A stretch of DNA of 62,139 nucleotides, filler included, from Basidiobolus ranarum (lineage: Eukaryota), in NCBI GenBank assembly GCA_040143965.1. It is 3 parts of 3 records of this genome, joined end to end, with 100 filler letters (N's around TTAATTAATTAA, not from the genome) between each part and the next. Parts side by side here need not be neighbours in the genome. Positions count along the whole stretch, not along the records: positions 1 to 20,711 come from JASJQH010007097.1; 2 more parts are not named here. One strand, 5' to 3'. A program made the translations under genes and the position numbers. Below, one piece after another: positions 1-14,108 of this stretch (its first letter is position 1; every line of letters starts with the position of its first letter). The notes under the pieces were generated by a model. That model had not been told where the DNA came from. It made no database searches and saw nothing but the letters and a program-made list of their open reading frames with translations.

Positions 1-87
1 ATGAGTCTCGATAAATGTCGTATTAGTGCATAAATCGCGATAAATCCACGAAAATAGATAAAAAAATTTGAGTGAAAATAACTTATT

Positions 88-99
88 AATCACGTGATT
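88..99. promoter_or_regulatory. Palindromic E-box (AATCACGTGATT) upstream of RPS11
   Basis: Perfect 12-bp palindrome with a CACGTG bHLH core about 120 bp upstream of the RPS11 ATG; function is inferred. Confidence 0.3.
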
Positions 100-219
100 T
101 AGTATCGAGTCCATTGGTCCGCTAAACTCATAATATGTTGATTCCCCTACGACGTACTCTCTCTTTTCCCTCTTCCTTCGAGAGCTTACCTAGTCTTCGA
201 ATTTGAGACAGTTCTCAGT

Positions 220-890
220 ATGTCTGAACAGGTAAATATTGGATTAATATTCAATTCACATCACCATCACTGGATTATTTGAAACGTTTGGTCATGCGAG
301 TTGGCACAAGATGTTGATGGATTCATGAATTTCGTGAGATAGATAAAGATACCAAAGTTTCGGATAAACCTTCTATCACTGCATATAACACCACCTCTAT
401 ACGACCATGTATTAACAGTAGCGTTTCGTTTCTTTTATAGATTGAAAAAGCTTTCCAAAAGCAAGTTGGTATTTTCCAAAATGCCAAGGTCGTTGGCGCC
501 AAGAAGTCTCGTAACCTTCGTTGGTACAAAGATGTTGGTCTTGGTTTCAAGACTCCTAAGGAAGCCATTGAAGGTACCTACATTGACAAGAAGTGTCCTT
601 TCACCGGTGATATCAGCATTCGTGGTCGTATCCTTTCCGGTGTTGTCATCTCCACCAAGATGAAGAACACTCTTATCATCCGTCGTGAATACCTTCATTA
701 CATTCCTAAGTACAACCGTTATGAGAAACGTCACAAGAACCTTGCTGCTCACGTATCCCCATGCTTCCGTGTTGAGAACGGAGATGTTGTCACTGTCGGT
801 CAATGCCGTCCTTTGTCCAAGACCGTTCGTTTCAACGTTCTTAAGGTTCAAAAGAAGGCTCAAGGCAGCAAGCAATTCGCCAAGTTCTAA
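220..890 (+). CDS. RPS11: 40S ribosomal protein S11 (uS17), 2 exons
   Basis: Exon 1 220-231 (MSEQ), GT-AG intron 232-440, exon 2 441-890: IEKAFQKQ...[29 protein letters not shown]...RYEKRHKN...[17 protein letters not shown]; strong codon bias. Confidence 0.97.
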
Positions 891-1229
891 ATTTACTTTT
901 TGACAATGTATTCACTATTAAAACATGATGATTTATGTTTTACGCATTAAACTGGGTTGCAATGAAAATATTGTTATCGATTTATGGATTCCAGTTCAGC
1001 AGTAATATGATAGTAATATAACAATTTGAAGTGCTTTTACATGTATAAAGCTTGAAGGTGGCAATCTCGCATGATATTTATCAATACTGACTGAGAGGTA
1101 ATGTTTATCAAGGAAATTCGAATATTGGTCAGATCTGAGTATCAGTTAAAAAAGTAAGAGGTGGCACTTCCACTTTATATAAACAAGGTAGATAAAGATA
1201 ATTCAATTATACAATGTGGCAACTACAAA

Positions 1230-4200
1230 TTACAAAGCCAAAGATATTCTATGATGATCTTTGGGTGATTCCGAGCCCTGTTCCCTTGGCTCAGGTGATT
1301 TAACGGTAATGATACTCCAGCCTCCTCCTTGTTCATTGACACGTACCATAGAGGGTGGAATACCTTGAGACAAATGGAGAAATTAGTATTAGAATTAGGA
1401 CAAAAGATAGCTTCGCCTAGAAAGTTACCTCGTGAGCAAGGGTCACATATTTTAGCATTTTCATCAAAATACTTTTCAAACATGCCTGAACTCATTTTTA
1501 AGAATTCATCTTCGGTTTTCTGTTCTTTGGTGAGAATACACTCTAGTGTTAACTCCGGTAAATTCCGACTGATACGTTTGTTGAGACAGTCAAAGCACAC
1601 GGTCCGCCGGCACGTAAAGCAATCATTCTATTCAATTTAAAATATTATAAGTATTGGGGCCAAAATTTCTAATTTTATCAAATTGTTAAAATGGACCACT
1701 TACTCGCCATCTGAAGATACTGAAATCTTCCAAACAAAGGTCACATTTCTTCTTCAAAGCTGGATTCATTATGGGAATCGGAGTAGAGCCGCCATAGAAC
1801 GAAGCGCGTAGGCTTGACTTAGTGGATTCAATCATCGTTATGGCTCTAGTCTATTAGTAAAGGTTGAGTATTGGTAATCTATTTGGAGTAATTCGTAAAT
1901 TATCAATTTGTGCTTACTCTTTGCGAGCGGATAGACTCGATAATGCTTCCTCGTCGACCAGGTGTCGTGTTACTTCTGATAGAATCAGCAAGAAAACTCG
2001 GTCGACGCTCTTCAGAGAATTGAGAAGATGTCAGTTCAAGGACTCGCTTGGGTTTCGGTATAGAGATTGGAATTGGACGAGAGGAATTATCTGCGATACC
2101 GAATTTTGTAGTGTAGCATGGATCACATATTCTCTCGACTCGAGGTTCTTCACCATACTTCCCTTGTATTATAAATCTCTATTGAAAAAAGGGTTTGTGA
2201 ATAATAGAACTTCTAGTGATTGTATATGAATACCACAAACCTTTGAAGAGCACGAATGACACACTACTTCTCCACATAACCTTTCGCAAATACGATTACT
2301 TGACAATACTACCAATGTCTTTGGACTGAAAGATAACTTACCGGCAGTGATGCTTGCGACGTGTAACTGGGTTGAATAGCTCTTTACAGCAGGCACAATC
2401 TGATGCTTCACTATCTGGAACCTGATGGATAATTTGAATCAGTAAACAATGCCGGGAAGAAGTTATCATTAAAATATTTACCCAGACTGGAGAGTAGTAT
2501 TCCGTGATAACTGGCTGAGTAAGTTGTTGTTGTTGATTCCTTAGCGTATCGTCCAATGTATTTCTGAACTCCTCGCTGATATTGGAGGGATTGACTCCTT
2601 CATGAGGGGCAATAGAACCTTGTAAATTTTGAATAGCTGTACAGATTAGACCAATCCACTCTTCTTTTTCTTGAAGTTTATCTAGAAACCATGAGCTCTT
2701 TAATCAAGTAGATCTAGAGATGATATCAAAATATGGCTATTTACCAACATAAATCACAAAAGATTTCTCTCGCGAACTGACTTTGAAACGATTTTCGGGT
2801 TCTCCTGAAAATAAGTAAATGATGTTTAGGATTTTTCTCATGACATTCTTCCCCAACAGTTAATACCTTCTTCATTTGGAACGTCGGATACATGTAACTC
2901 TCGTAATGACAATTTACGTTTGAATGAGTACGTTTCACCAACTAAATTGGGACTAGCGTAAATCAGAACATCGGTAAACAGGAAGAACTTTCGGATTTGA
3001 TGATTTTTTCGGCAAATCTAATGGGTGTTTATGTGTTAACGCGTGGATTTTAGAGAGCTTAATGGTTAGGTATACTGACTTTTTTAGCTGGGCCTTGGTG
3101 AATAAACGTTCTTCCAGGAACAAATAGATTCTAGAGGGAAGAAATGTCAAAATTGGGGCTTACATGTAATTAAAAGTTCATTATCTACCTCTGAGAAGTT
3201 TGTCAAAGATCTTTGAATATTCACCATCATAATCGACTTCTCTCCAGCTCTGATCATTTCATTTACATATTTGGCCACTATCAATATACAGAGTTAATAT
3301 TTCATCAGTAAGATGTTCATTTCATTAAATCCATTACCATCTTCTACATATCGCAACGCCTTATTAAGAGATAAATAATCCTGATGCTCTTCACCAATGC
3401 TTTTACTTAACTGTTTAAGTAGCATCTCATATCTGTTGATTGAACAAGGGAATTAAAATCTTTGCTTCATGGAAGTTGAATAAAGAAGTGTTACCTAGGA
3501 ATTCGTTGAACTGGAAGAATGAGGTGACTTTCAAATCGTAGAGATCCACATTCAGGGTGTTCGTTTGCTGTCTAAAATGAATAGTCAGCAGATGTACGCT
3601 TTTACAATGTAACTGTTGAAAATTTACCTTGATGAACTTGGCGAAGGCGGAGTTTTGACTTGAATGGGTAGAGACGGTGGATATAGCATTGTTGAAGTTA
3701 CGAGCATACATTGAATACATTTTCAGGAAAGGCGCCTGCAAAGAATAGGTTAGTACTGAACAAGTTCAAGTTGCATATCTATATAGTATATGTCTCATTT
3801 ACAATATCTAAAAATATCTTGGCAATCTTCTTGGGTGCCGTTTCTTCATCAGGATTTACAAGTTCCTCTTCGAGTTGTCGTAGCAGTTCCTTGTTTAGAT
3901 TGACAATATCTAAAATATTGGAAAAGATACGGGTGATTGAATTGCGAGGAAGGATTTCGTCATCGGTAGCTAACGATTCTAATAGTGGACAGAGAAAAAC
4001 CTAGAAAGTAAAGAGCATTTACTTAGCCCATCCTGTTCAGGTGTAAAATGTAAATAGTTATACTTACTTTTTGAATCATCAATAGACCACTAACGTAGGA
4101 CCTTTCACTATTGAGTATTTCCTGGGCAATTTGGTTGGTTTTCTCTTTCTCTGGGGATATCGGTGCAGAAGGGGAGGTAGGGGACTCCCCTTCGATTCTC

Positions 4201-5090
4201 CCTTCCGTATCAACTTCGGATAGAGGTTCATGATAAATTTCTGGATGATCGATGTCAGCTCTATTAGGGGGTATAATCGTCTCCACCGACTCAAAAGAGG
4301 CTAAATCATCGTTGATGCTGAAGTTATCAAAATCCTCACTGTCAGATGTATAAGTTGGTTCGTAAAGCGATCCAGATGGTCCGGGAGCTTGAAAGTTTGA
4401 GCGTCGTTGACTAAAGTAGTCCTCACTGTCATCGTCACCATACTTACTGGAAAGATACGATGCTCTTCTATTAGAAATTGGTACCTGATGTTGCTTGCCT
4501 CCATCAACTAAGTTTTCGTCCACATGGTTGGTGGTGGTAAGTGTTGCAGGGGTATGGAAACCAGAAGTATAGGGTGGAGATTCAGCTATGGAATACAAGC
4601 TATTAATGGATTCCACAGTAACTGTACTATTACGATTAGAATCTGTGTGGAAGGTGGAGGCGAAGGAGGAAGACAAGGAGGGGGTAGCATCGGTCCCATT
4701 TCCATCGTACTCGTAACTTTCATCAAAATCCATATGTTCTTTGGATAATTTATGTTTACTACGATGTACATACAATGGTACAGCACGTTCATTTGAATCA
4801 TCAAACGGAATACTGTAGGGATCCGTCTCCTCCAGTTCAGTGGTGAATGTAGTTACCGGTTCCAGGGATAGACTATCTTTGGAACAATTGTTTTTGAAAA
4901 ATGAAAGTCTCATAACGGCTGAGGTTAACCCTTTATCACTACTGATGTGAGGTTGAATTGCACTTCCATGACTAAGAGATTCGACAGGAGGTGGGGGTTT
5001 TCCAAAGATCCATGACTTTTTGGTCAAACAGCGACTATTCTTCGAGGTTGTAGAATCGGGATGAATCTCAATGTGACTGCGAGTAGACAT
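1230..5090 (-). CDS. FGD-like RhoGEF (DH)-PH-FYVE protein, paralog A, multi-exon
   Basis: Low-complexity N-terminus, then DH (IAQEILNSERSYVSGL; RIFSNILDIVNLNKELL; APFLKMYSMYARNF), PH exons, FYVE (WVPDSEASDCACC...TRRKHHCRLCG...CDPC) and a second Cys-rich finger. The spliced end GIPPSMVRVNEQGGGWSII...LAL* stops at 1230-1232. Confidence 0.85.
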
Positions 5091-6690
5091 GGTGGCGAAT
5101 AAGGTGATTGATAATATTTAAAAAGAGAGACAAAGAGTTGATTTATCTCCAAAAATTGGTTGAAGAAATACTAGAGTCGACTTGGCTTTCCAGATATTTC
5201 CAATGAGGTTCAAACTGTATTTGTATTTATGCACTACTTGGAGATTATGAGTAGTGCATCTTATTTAGCCAAAAATAAGGCCTGAAGAAGATAGCAAAAT
5301 CTCTACGAATGAAGGAATAGAGTTTTCACCAATGCTCCTGGTTTTTAAAGCTGTTGTTGGATAAATCAGAAATTTAGTTTTCAAGCGCACAAGTGTTTGG
5401 TTTTCTTCTCTTAAAAAAGTACCTTATCTTCAAGACAGGAAAAAGGATTAAGGTGTAATGGGCTATGGTTGAGTTGACACCAATACGTTACGGCACAGAA
5501 TTCAAAGGAAAACAATACAATCCACAGTCTTATAAGAGTAAAGATGGGGTAAGTGTAGAAAGTGGTACAACAGAGCTTTTAAGTCACAGCCCAGTCTAAG
5601 CATATATTAATGAATTGCAAAAATAACATGTAGATTAAATGGTTTGTCGTCAACTAATTTATGCAGGGACTCTATTATTATTGTATCAAGTAGAGTCTAA
5701 TAAGAAATTAAGGCAGAGTATGCAAAAGCTTTTATCGGTTCAAGTCGGGGATTTTAGATTATAGAAGCTATAGAAACCGATCAACATATATCATTATATA
5801 TGGGGGTTCTAACCAGAATTGAAATATAGAATCAAGTAAACGTGAGACCTTCATCCAGCCTCGCCAGACTCTCTACCAGCACCAACTCGGCAGCCTTGTA
5901 GCACAGCGGTATTAGTTGATATTCAATTAGGAAAATTAATATGTCTCATGTATAGATGAATTTGAATCTGGATTATATGCTCGGATTCCACAAGCACTGA
6001 TGCCATAAATCGGCGTTTGAAAGTTGAACACTGACTAATTAGGGTTGTCATACCAACAGGTCTTAGAGATTTAACGTCATTTCTCTGGCTATGACGGAGA
6101 AGATTGAATGAGTATATGAAATGGGACAAATAAAATTACCGAGGTTGAGTTCTGGGTCCAGGTGATGCATGGGGAAGAGATATTGCGGACACATCACGAT
6201 ATCAGTTATTTTAATATACATTTTATCGTAGGAACATTATTCTTGAGCCGCAAAGTGTTTTGCCCGCCGTTCTTATTTGAAACGGATAGGTTTGGTTAAT
6301 CAACCTGTTGTGTGAGTGGTGAGTGGTGTATTGGTCGGAGCTCTTGGCACTACAAGAAGAGCCATGCATTTGAATCCTTTGCAATAAATCTCAGTTTTGG
6401 TTTCAGGTATGAGAATTCATTTGCTTAGGTAGGTGAATGAGCGTGAATGAGTTCATGGTATTGAGATGTAAGCCAAAAGGCATGATTTAATACAAAATGA
6501 TGAAGAGGTGACAGATTTATACAAGGATAGGGTTATTTGGAATACAGTAGTAAGGAATCGATGCAAATCATATATGTTAAAGATGCTTAGGGGATGAGTG
6601 AGTTATTTATGTCAATAAAGAGAAATGACCATTACAAAAATACAAAGGGAATGTATGTTAGGGTACAATATTATGGGGTTAAGGCCTAGG

Positions 6691-9600
6691 TTAGCCATTA
6701 GTATGTGTAGAGGTGAAGGATCCAAAATATCCGAATTGTCCTCCATCACGTTCAATCTCAGGCGACTTAAGTGCGATGATACTCCATCCACCTCCCTGCT
6801 CATTTACCTTGACTTGAGATGGTGGAATGTCTAGTGATAAAATTCAAACAAACAAATGTTAAAAACATGTAGATTAGGAAGTATCGATAATTCATCATTT
6901 GATGCATACCTCGAGAGCATGGATCGCAAATCTTGGTAATTTCATCAAAGTAATCCTCGAACATTCCTGGACTCATATTCACAAAGTTTTCATCTATTTT
7001 CTGCTCATAAGTATGAATTTCAGGCTTGCAGGGGGATGTAGGACTACTTCGTGTGGTTTGTTTACTCAGACAGTCGAAGCAAATGGTACGTTTACACTTG
7101 CCACAGTCGTTCTAAGAAAGTCTCAAATTAGAGTGTGTCGATCAAAGGCAACTTGCAATATTCTCGATACTTACTCTCCACCTAAATATTGAGAACTCTT
7201 CTAAGCAGAGATCACATTTCTTCTTCAGCGCAAAAGTAAGTATAGGTGTTGAGCCACCATAGAAAGAGGCTCTCAGACCAGACTCAAGCATGGTCATAGC
7301 TCTCGTCTAATCATCGGAACTATTAGCAAAGTATTCATCATTACGAGTTAACAGTCCCAAGCAAACAACTTACTCTCTGAGATCGAATTGAATCAATAAG
7401 ACTTCCTCTTCTTTCTTCTCTTTTTGTTCTAGCAGAGTCAGCAGTACAGCTATGTCGCCGGTTCTCAGGATCTTTACTATCGTTAGCCAACTCTAGAATA
7501 CGTTTATTTTTAGCCACAGGAAGTGCAGGTGCCATTGTAACCAGCATTGAAGGGGTTTGATGTCCAAACTTAAGGTCATAGCACGGATCGCAACTTCTTT
7601 CTACTCTAGAGTTCTCCCCATATATGCCAGGGATCATGAATCGCTAAAAAACTCATTAAAATGGTTGAAAGTACAATATGTTCAATACATGAAGTGCGTA
7701 CCTTGGAAGAGCAGCCATGGCAAACCACTTTACCACAAAGTCTAAGAGTGCACATGAAAAAGATTAGTGATGTCTGAGCATGTTCAGTTATTCGTATATA
7801 CACATACCTGCAGTGATGCTTGCGACGAGTAACAGGGTTGAATAATTCGTTACAGCAAGCACACTTAGAAGCCTCACTATCCGGAACCTGAAAAACAAAT
7901 AAGAATTTAGTAAATCCTGAGATATAAACATCAATCGTATTTTCAATCAAGTACCCAAACAGGAGAATAATAGTCTTTAATGACAGCTGGTTCCATTATC
8001 TGACATTGCTGTTTATGGATGGTATTCGCTAGGTGTTCTTTGAATTCCGCTGTCATATTTGAGGGACTAACACCCTGATTGGGTACAATGGACCCTTGTA
8101 AGTTTTGAATCGCAGTTTGAACCAAGTTGATCCATTCTTCTTTCTGTTCTGGTTTTTCTGATTAAATCAAGACAAGTTATTAAGGCTGCATAGTCATTGG
8201 TCCGCTTTTAATAGCCATTTCTTTACTTACCAACGTAAAGAACAAAGGATTTCTCTCGACTACTAATCTTGAAACGGTTTGAGGGTTCGCCTATAGTTAT
8301 CAAATGATTAACTAAAAGAAGATTTTTAGAAACAGGCAGAGTATTTATGGGTTACCTTCTTCATCTGGAACATCAGAGACATGAAGTTCACGAAGTGATA
8401 GTTTACGCTTGAATGAGTGGGAATCCCCTACTAAACTCGGACTAGCGTAGATCAAAATATCGGAGAACAGGAAAAACTTTCGAATTTGATGACTTTTACG
8501 ACAGATCTATAAATAGGATAGCCGATTAACAGGAATTCATAGAAAAACACAAGCAACTTATTTTCAAACTTTTTTAGCGGAGCCTTGATGGATAAATGTC
8601 CTACCCGGTATAAAGAGATTCTAATAGGGTTTAGTATGATCTAATATTAATGTTTCGACATAAGCCAATGGAGATGTAGCTTACCTCTGAAAATCCGGTA
8701 AGAGATTTTTGAATGTGAACCATAATGATGGATTTCTCTCCAGCACGAATCATTTCATTGACATATTTGGCCACTAAGAATAAGAATATTGGTACCCTAT
8801 GGAGCATGAGAATAAAGCACATAAACCATACCATCTTCGACATAAAGCAACGCTTTAGATAGTGACCCATGGTCTGGATGATTTTCGCCGATGCTCTTGA
8901 TTAGTTGTTTCAGGAGCATTTCGTACCTATAAGCAAGTAAGTGGTTAACATCTCTGAAACATGAAGACTATATCTCTGAGTTTACCTAGGAATGCGTTGG
9001 ACCGGCAAAATCAAGTGACTTTCGAATCGAAGGGAGCCACATTCCGGACGCTTGTTAGCTTTCTACGGAATTTGGTGACTGTTAGAAAGGGAAATGATCG
9101 ATCGAAAATGGCATAGTGAATACATACGGCAATGAACTTTGCAAATGAAGAATTCTGATTGGAGTGGGTTGAGACGGTTGAAATCGAGTTACTAAAATTA
9201 CGGGCGTACATTGAGTACATTTTAAGAAATGGAGACTTGGAAAGAAATCAGGTTAGTACATATATACAAAGAAAGTAACAAGAATATGCTCTCACAATAT
9301 CCAAGAAAATCTTGGCGATTTTTGCAGCGATCATGTTGGGACTAGCGTCGGCAACTTGCTCTTCTAGCTGTTTTAGTAGTTCTTTGTTTAAGTTGACAAT
9401 GTCGAGGATATTGGAAAAGATCCGGGTTAGTGAGTTTCGAGGTAGAATTGGGTTTGCCGTGGCCAGTGACTCTAGTAAAGGACATAGGAAAACCTGCATG
9501 GACAATGTCGTTAAATTTTGATGGCTTGATTGAATCTAATGCTGGTATATACCTTTTGGATCATTAAAAGTCCTTTGACATAGGTTCTCTCGCTAGATAG

Positions 9601-10482
9601 AATTTCTTGCCCAATTTGATACGTTTTCTCATCAGAGTTTGAATTCTGAAACTTCTCCAAATTGCGCTCTTTTTGCTGCTCTCTACTCATCTCATTAGGG
9701 TTATGGTTAGATTCGGACGGAGTGACAGGGGAATCAACATACTCTGTTGAACTCGAATCGTTTAATCCCTCTGTCACCTTGTTTTCAAACTGAGGTGGGG
9801 TCTGGTATCCACTATTATATGTGTCCAAAGAAACATCGAAAGGATCGTCACCAGATCGAGAATAGAGGATAGGCATAGATTTTCTTTTACTTGCTTTCTC
9901 TAGCTGATCCAGTTTTTTTGTGGCAATGTTAAGCGAAGAAACGCCAAGAGCACAGTTAGCCTGCGAGAACTGCTCAAAACTTCCAAAAATTGGCGGAGTA
10001 TGAAATCCTGAGGCGTCCTCAACTGGCAATATGGAGGAATTGTCTTCTTCATCGAGTTCAATGTTAGAAATACCATCACAGTTGGATTCCATTGAAGGCA
10101 ATAACTCTGATTGCGTCATATCGCCAGGATGCGATGTCTTTTCGATAGTTTTGCTGTATATATGCGGCGAATAGTCCTCAACACGAGTATCGGATTTACC
10201 CTTCTCTTCAAAAAGAGTAGTATATGAAGGTGGTGAGGCTGATAAAGAATTAGAGCCTAATATGGTGTCCGTGGGATCCAGTAAGCCCGTTTCCTTCGAT
10301 ATATTGGCGTGAAAAAATGACAACCTCATTATAGCAGAGTCTGACTTTCGCTCAGTTTCTCTCATCTGAACAACATTTTCTTGTGTTAAGGATTCAGGAA
10401 GTGGTGGATGTTTGCTAAATATCCATGAAGTTTGCGTAAGACTGAGACTTCGTTTAGAGGGCGTTGATTTTGAACGAGGCAT
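6691..10482 (-). CDS. FGD-like RhoGEF (DH)-PH-FYVE protein, paralog B, multi-exon
   Basis: IGQEILSSERTYVKGL, RIFSNILDIVNLNKELL, MYSMYARNF, PDSEASKCACCNELFNPVTRRKHHCR; exon structure parallels paralog A; ends ...VNEQGGGWSIIALKSP...THTNG*. Confidence 0.85.
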
Positions 10483-11464
10483 ACGTAGGACTTTATCAAG
10501 AGCTTACTTATGTAATAGTGAGAAGGGTTACAAAGGAAAAATAGAATTGAAAGCGGTTTGAGTTTAAACAACTCGAATAGTCATGTCGAGGTAGGCTAGC
10601 AAGAGGTTCGTAGGTATATCTCAACTACTGCTATCTTTACCGTATACCGAAAGTGAGAATAAGTTAAGTAGCAGAAGAAACTTTCAAGAAATGACAATAT
10701 TAATCCTAGGTAGTGAATATTAGAGTTAACGTACTAAGGACGAGCTGAACTGTAAATTAGAAATGCACAAGGTTTAAAAGTGTATGAACAAAGTTTAAGG
10801 GAAAGTAGCAAATAGGTAGGTCTATTCTTATAATATTACTACTGAGCATTCATCGTCAAGAGAATTGATGTACCTAGTGCATTTTGATTAATTCTGCGAA
10901 AGAGTTTAAGGAAGGGCAGTAATTACTTAATTGAATTGTGCAGCTATTACAATACCTTGGCCAATTACTGTTAGGAATGATTAGTTGAGAGAAATACTTG
11001 ATTTTAATGTTAGATTGCTCCCATCGCTCTCGTTTAGGAAATCAAAGCCACCTAGTTTGACGTTGAAACTCAGCTCAGCCAGGATCTTTCGTTCCATTCC
11101 AACACAGCACAAGTGCTACAAATTAGATCATATATCTCTCATCATACACTCTTTTCATTTATTCAATCACTTAGTAATCACTTCTGATATAAATTAATTC
11201 TATCCACAACAAGGTGTCCACAACATATATAAAAAAAGTATTTCATCTAAATTGCGTGTAAGAGGCTTGGCTTATATTTTTTGCATCTTCCATGTGCTTT
11301 AATATAAAAATCATTTAAAACATGAGAGTTAAGGTTTAGAAAGGGAATCAAATGGGGTTGGGCAACCTTTGTGAAGTTCAATAATACATCGTAAATAGGA
11401 AAGTGTGTCTAGTAAATGGTGAGAGAAAGTAAAATAAATATACAGACATAAAATTGAATTGAAA

Positions 11465-14108
11465 CTAATCAGATGATTGAACAGAGTAAAGCCTTGGATT
11501 GCTCTGTAGAACGTTTACTAATTTACGACGAGATAAACTATTTAAGGTACATATTTAGGCTGCCAGTCGGTTTCTAACGGAGGAATATCTGCCCACTTCT
11601 TTCTTCCGCCGGTGCTAGGAGCTTGTGGTTCTTCTGTTTCATTTTCCTCATTGGGAGTGGATTTGGGAGGCGTACGAGGAAGAGTGAATTTTGTTCTAAA
11701 TGGATTATCGGGACCTCGAGCGGTTGATGGTGCAAGGTTGGCTAATGGATCTGTAAAGAATAGATCAGTATTATATAAATGGGTGGACAGCATCGAAATG
11801 AGGTATATACCAGTAACAGCTTCGTCACTCCATGTGGATAGGACACTGGAGGCTTGTCCGGATACATCAGCTACTTTAACATCAACCCTAATCGAATGGC
11901 AATGTAAGGAAGATATACTTTACGGAGGGCACAACCCAAATAGAAACAAACCTTCTCTTCTTGGCGGGAGATTCCGTTGTTGATAAATCAACTGAACTAC
12001 CACGGATGGTTCGATTCTCCATCAAACGCTTTCCAATAGGCTGACGGGTGGTGGTGGACTTGTGTAATATTGTTTTGTTTATCTTGCTAGGTACCGTGGA
12101 TTCTTTTGGTTGGCTGACACTTTTCTCCCATAGAGTACGTTTTTGAATTGTATTTCCTTTAGGAATGGAGTCTCGACTGAAAAAGGTGTTAATTGAAATA
12201 TGCTTCTAACGGGTTTAAAAAAACAAATTACCGATCATTAGCATCAGCAGAAATAGATAAGCCTAAGTGAGGGGTACTGGATAAAAGACCAGCAGAAACA
12301 TTGGATGAGAGCGCGTTGGTGATAGTAGAAGAGACCTTGGGTCGGGTTTGGGGTTGAGCTTGCTGCTGATTATTAGTCTGAGGCTGCGAATGGAGTGTTT
12401 GCTGTAATGGATTACTGGGTTTGGGATGTATACTAGATCCAGCTGAAGTGACTTTCGGCTTGACTATAGGTTGACTATAAGATCCAAGAGCAGCTTGGAC
12501 TCTCTCGTCAACTATTTGCTGAATTTGAATGATTTGTGAATGAGATAAAGGATTTGACTGAACGAGCATTTCTTGAGGAAATTTATCTTTGAGTGCCAGT
12601 AAAAGCTTTAAGGCATCGCCAACGGTAAATCCCATAACACCCAGGTGCTCAAACGTAAGAAGCTGAACTAATTTCCAATCCATCATATTCTCACGTTCAA
12701 ATGTACGAATGGCGGGAGAGAGGTTTATTCTTTCGAGCCATTCAGAAACCTCTTCGCCTACGAATGGATCAGAAAATGTGGAGTCTGGTTGTTGGGGTTT
12801 GACGGCATGAGAGGTAAGATCAGCATGTTTCTTTTCAGCGGATGAGCTCTCCGTTTTGATCACGTTGTACTTTGAAGTTTTGGATGCATGTTCCAAAGGT
12901 TGGCTCTTTGGCTTCTCTTCTAATATATCGGGGTTTGCCTCCTTATTGATGTCATATTCACGTTGGCGCTTTTTATGCGCTATAGGCTTGGGTTCAGGAT
13001 CCACAAAGAGTTCGTCATTTTTGTGCGCGGGCAACGTACTAACGCGCTCTGTAGAAGTTTCTGGTTCAGATTTTACTTTTGAATCTTGGTGGATTCTTTC
13101 ACTTTGGATTCCTTTTGGTACTTTGATTTCAAAAGGCTTCGCAGCTACAGTATGTCGGACAAGCCTTTTCGGTCTGGGTTGTTTTTGCTTCGGTGCAATA
13201 GAAGCTTGATCTACAATCGAATTTGATGGCTTATCTGAAGATTCATTCGATACAGAGAGTTTGGCTCCAATATTGGTACTGAAAGGCTGTGACGTTTTGG
13301 TAACTTCTTTGGGTTTGGAGAAAGACGGTTCCACAGGCTTTATGATGGATTTTGTAGGCTCAACAGTAGCCATTGCTTGGTGCATTTCTTGGTCCTCGTG
13401 TTTGCTCACCTTTGGAGCCTTTTTGTCAAAAGTAAAGACAAAGCTGTCATTCATATCAGTATCTTGGCTAGTTGTTTCTTGAATAGCTTCAGTAGGATCT
13501 TCCTCATCAGATTCGACTATCTTTCTAGAGTAATCGTATGCTTTTTTAGGCTTCGTTAAACGTTTTGTTTCAGGTTTAATGCGAGTGGCTGGGATCTCTT
13601 TCGCGTACGAGAGGTTTGTAAGAACTTTTTTAGTCAGTGCTGAAGGAGCAAAAGTTAGTTCATCTAGAAGATCGCTCCTATCATGCTCTTCTTGCTCTTC
13701 ATCTCCATTTACTGAGCCTTCAAAATCAGATAATTCCACGTCAGATATTTCACTATAAACGAGTTACGTATGAGATGAGAAAGGTTGAAGGATTTTGTAT
13801 TCTGAATTGGGTTTACTCTTTTTGTCTTTCCAAAAACGCGGCACGTAAATCGGCAATCAAGTCAGTGTTCTATGAATTCAATAAAAAAGTTAGGAGTAGA
13901 TCAGAAGATTGTTTACATAATATATATATACCTTTCTGGTTAACCCTTTTATGTCATGTTTCTATGGAAAATGAAGATTATCATGAGTTTGGTGTCATGC
14001 TAACGACGAACAAGTAGAATAGTGGTTATTTACCCGACATAAAGATTGGAGTTCAGAACGCTTTAATCTATGTAAATCATTCGGACTAATGGATGTGCGT
14101 TTGCGCAT
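11465..14108 (-). CDS. Uncharacterised protein with N-terminal SAP-like motif and central SAM domain
   Basis: Three small 5' exons splice in frame (MRKRTSISPNDLHRLKRSELQSLCR|KHDIKGLTRK|NTDLIADLRAAFLERQKD) onto the 503-aa ORF containing EEVSEWLERINLSPAIRTFERENMMDWKLVQLLTFEHLGVMGFTVGDALKLL (SAM pattern). The 3' exons are less certain. Confidence 0.65.

Noticed and set aside
232-440. Possible snoRNA in the relatively long RPS11 intron
   Set aside because: No convincing C box (RTGATGA)/D box (CTGA) pair or H/ACA hairpins seen.
625-640. GTATCCTTT U12-like donor inside RPS11 (and a similar one in ALG7 near 29644)
   Set aside because: Lies in uninterrupted conserved coding sequence (GRILSG); no intron is needed.
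435-875. 146-aa antisense ORF over RPS11
   Set aside because: Shadow ORF caused by the codon bias of a highly expressed gene.
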